A DNA stretch of 64,000 nt from a virus: the IMG/VR virus record IMGVR_UViG_3300025853_000033. The stretch is one strand, 5' to 3'. This document shows, piece by piece, positions 62,918 through 64,000 of this stretch. The position numbers and the translations under genes are program-made. How positions within the stretch are numbered: the first letter of the stretch is position 1; each line of letters begins with the position of its first letter. The notes beneath the pieces are model-generated. The model ran no database searches and was not told where the DNA came from. It worked only from the letters and a program-made list of their open reading frames with translations.

Positions 62918-63240
62918 TAGGATACGTGAACGGTTCCAATCATGCCCGCACCTTTGTGGGGGGCACACCAGTAAGTATAGTCCCCTGCCTCAGGGAATGC
63001 AACCGAAAAGTCTTCGCCTGGTAACATAGCAAGACCTTCGTGGGAGAGTTCAGGATGATTCTCAACGATCACATTGTGAGGGGGAAGCATGTTATTAATA
63101 AAATGCACAGATTCGCCAGCAGCAATTGATACCTCGGCAGGTTCAAATACTAGATTGCCATTAGCGCCCATCTGAACGTCTACTGCCCAAGCAGGAAGAG
63201 CAAAGAAAAGAGTTGCGATAAACGCAAAAAAGAACTTCAT
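62917..63240 (-). CDS. petE: Plastocyanin with signal peptide
   Basis: Signal ALPAWA, LVFEP, PHNV, YTYWCAPHKGAGM (His/Cys/His/Met Cu ligands). Confidence 0.96.
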   Translation of the reverse strand: MKFFFAFIATLFFALPAWAVDVQMGANGNLVFEPAEVSIAAGESVHFINNMLPPHNVIVENHPELSHEGLAMLPGEDFSVAFPEAGDYTYWCAPHKGAGMIGTVHVS

Positions 63241-63246
63241 AAAAGT

Positions 63247-63462
63247 TTATATAACTTTATTATGTATATCACTTAGGTTTTTATACTTATCATTTGTTAG
63301 GTATTCCTGATGAATCATTTCAGAGAACTCATCTGAACATTTTATCCAAGTTTTTCTTGCTGTTGGCTCTAATGGATTTTTATCCTCCATCATATCATAC
63401 CAGATATTCCATAATATCTTACACTCTTCAGACTTCTTCTGAAGATGTGGTTCCCTATACAT
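63247..63462 (-). CDS. Conserved cyanophage hypothetical protein
   Basis: MYREPHLQKKSEECKILW..W...R..W..C.DEF. Confidence 0.65.
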   Translation of the reverse strand: MYREPHLQKKSEECKILWNIWYDMMEDKNPLEPTARKTWIKCSDEFSEMIHQEYLTNDKYKNLSDIHNKVI

Positions 63463-63500
63463 TGGAACATTTTGGGATGTGTGCCCGTGACTGTAACTAT

Positions 63501-63974
63501 TTACACAGAATACAATCCTGTAATAGTATCAACATCTGCAGGTCTAAATGCTCTCACTGGAGCAATCCAGTTGTAAGACATTACTGTGTCTTTGGTGCTC
63601 GTATCATTCCATACATCACCGTCTGTGTCATCATGAGGATGCTCAAGTCCTAGTGCATGGCCCCACTCATGAAGGTATATCCACTTTTTATCGCCAGCAA
63701 ATTTCTTAACTAGGATAGTGTATCCTTTCTCTGTTGGTATACACAGACCAGAAGCATACCAATATGGTTCTGGCATACTCCTTCTTTCATAGAATGCAAC
63801 CTCAGCATGTTTTGGTTTTTTCAGAACCTTAATATCAAATGATACCATTTCATCTGTGGTTGCAATCATGTTGCGAGTGAACCTCGTTGGACTATCAACA
63901 TACACCTTGAGAAGGTTATCATTTAGAAATTGAGAGGTGTGTTGATAGTTATAAGGAGAAATTAGTTCTTCCAT
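63501..63974 (-). CDS. Metzincin-type zinc metallopeptidase (M10/matrixin-like)
   Basis: HEWGHALGLEH, Met-turn TVMSY, D...I..LY. Confidence 0.85.
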   Translation of the reverse strand: MEELISPYNYQHTSQFLNDNLLKVYVDSPTRFTRNMIATTDEMVSFDIKVLKKPKHAEVAFYERRSMPEPYWYASGLCIPTEKGYTILVKKFAGDKKWIYLHEWGHALGLEHPHDDTDGDVWNDTSTKDTVMSYNWIAPVRAFRPADVDTITGLYSV

Positions 63975-64000
63975 TACTCACCTTTTACAACATGAGACCA

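Overview
A 64 kb segment of a T4-like cyanomyophage (Kyanoviridae-type, probably Synechococcus-infecting). Almost all genes are on the minus strand; only gp4-gp2-gp48-gp53 (39134-43960) are on plus. In order: 2OG-Fe(II) oxygenases and small conserved ORFs; a helicase / methyltransferase cassette (2.6-7.6 kb); two very large tail-fibre-type proteins with S74 chaperone domains around a tRNA cluster (Leu-UAA x2, Ile-UAU); a baseplate/tail module (gp5, CP12 insert, hub, M23 peptidase, gp51, gp26, tube, gp4, gp2, gp48, gp53); replication/transcription genes (gp32, gp59, gp33, exonuclease, phoH, thyX); a dense small-ORF region; and metabolic genes (speD, carbamoyltransferase, glutaredoxins, talC, rimK-like, psbD, ndhP, gnd, zwf, petE). 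The most striking element is at 49.2-49.7 kb. There a TGTA-N8-TACA (NtcA-type) box and an extended -10 promoter precede two glutamine-riboswitch-like aptamers. The second aptamer carries a whole 62-codon ORF inside its P2 loop, with the start and stop codons base-paired in the stem, and lies upstream of a DUF4278-like peptide gene. Other highlights are an apparently split adenine methyltransferase, an HLR1 (RpaB-type) site in the psbD promoter, and recurrent terminator/promoter/stop-codon overlaps. All family assignments come from motif recognition by eye; no database search was run.
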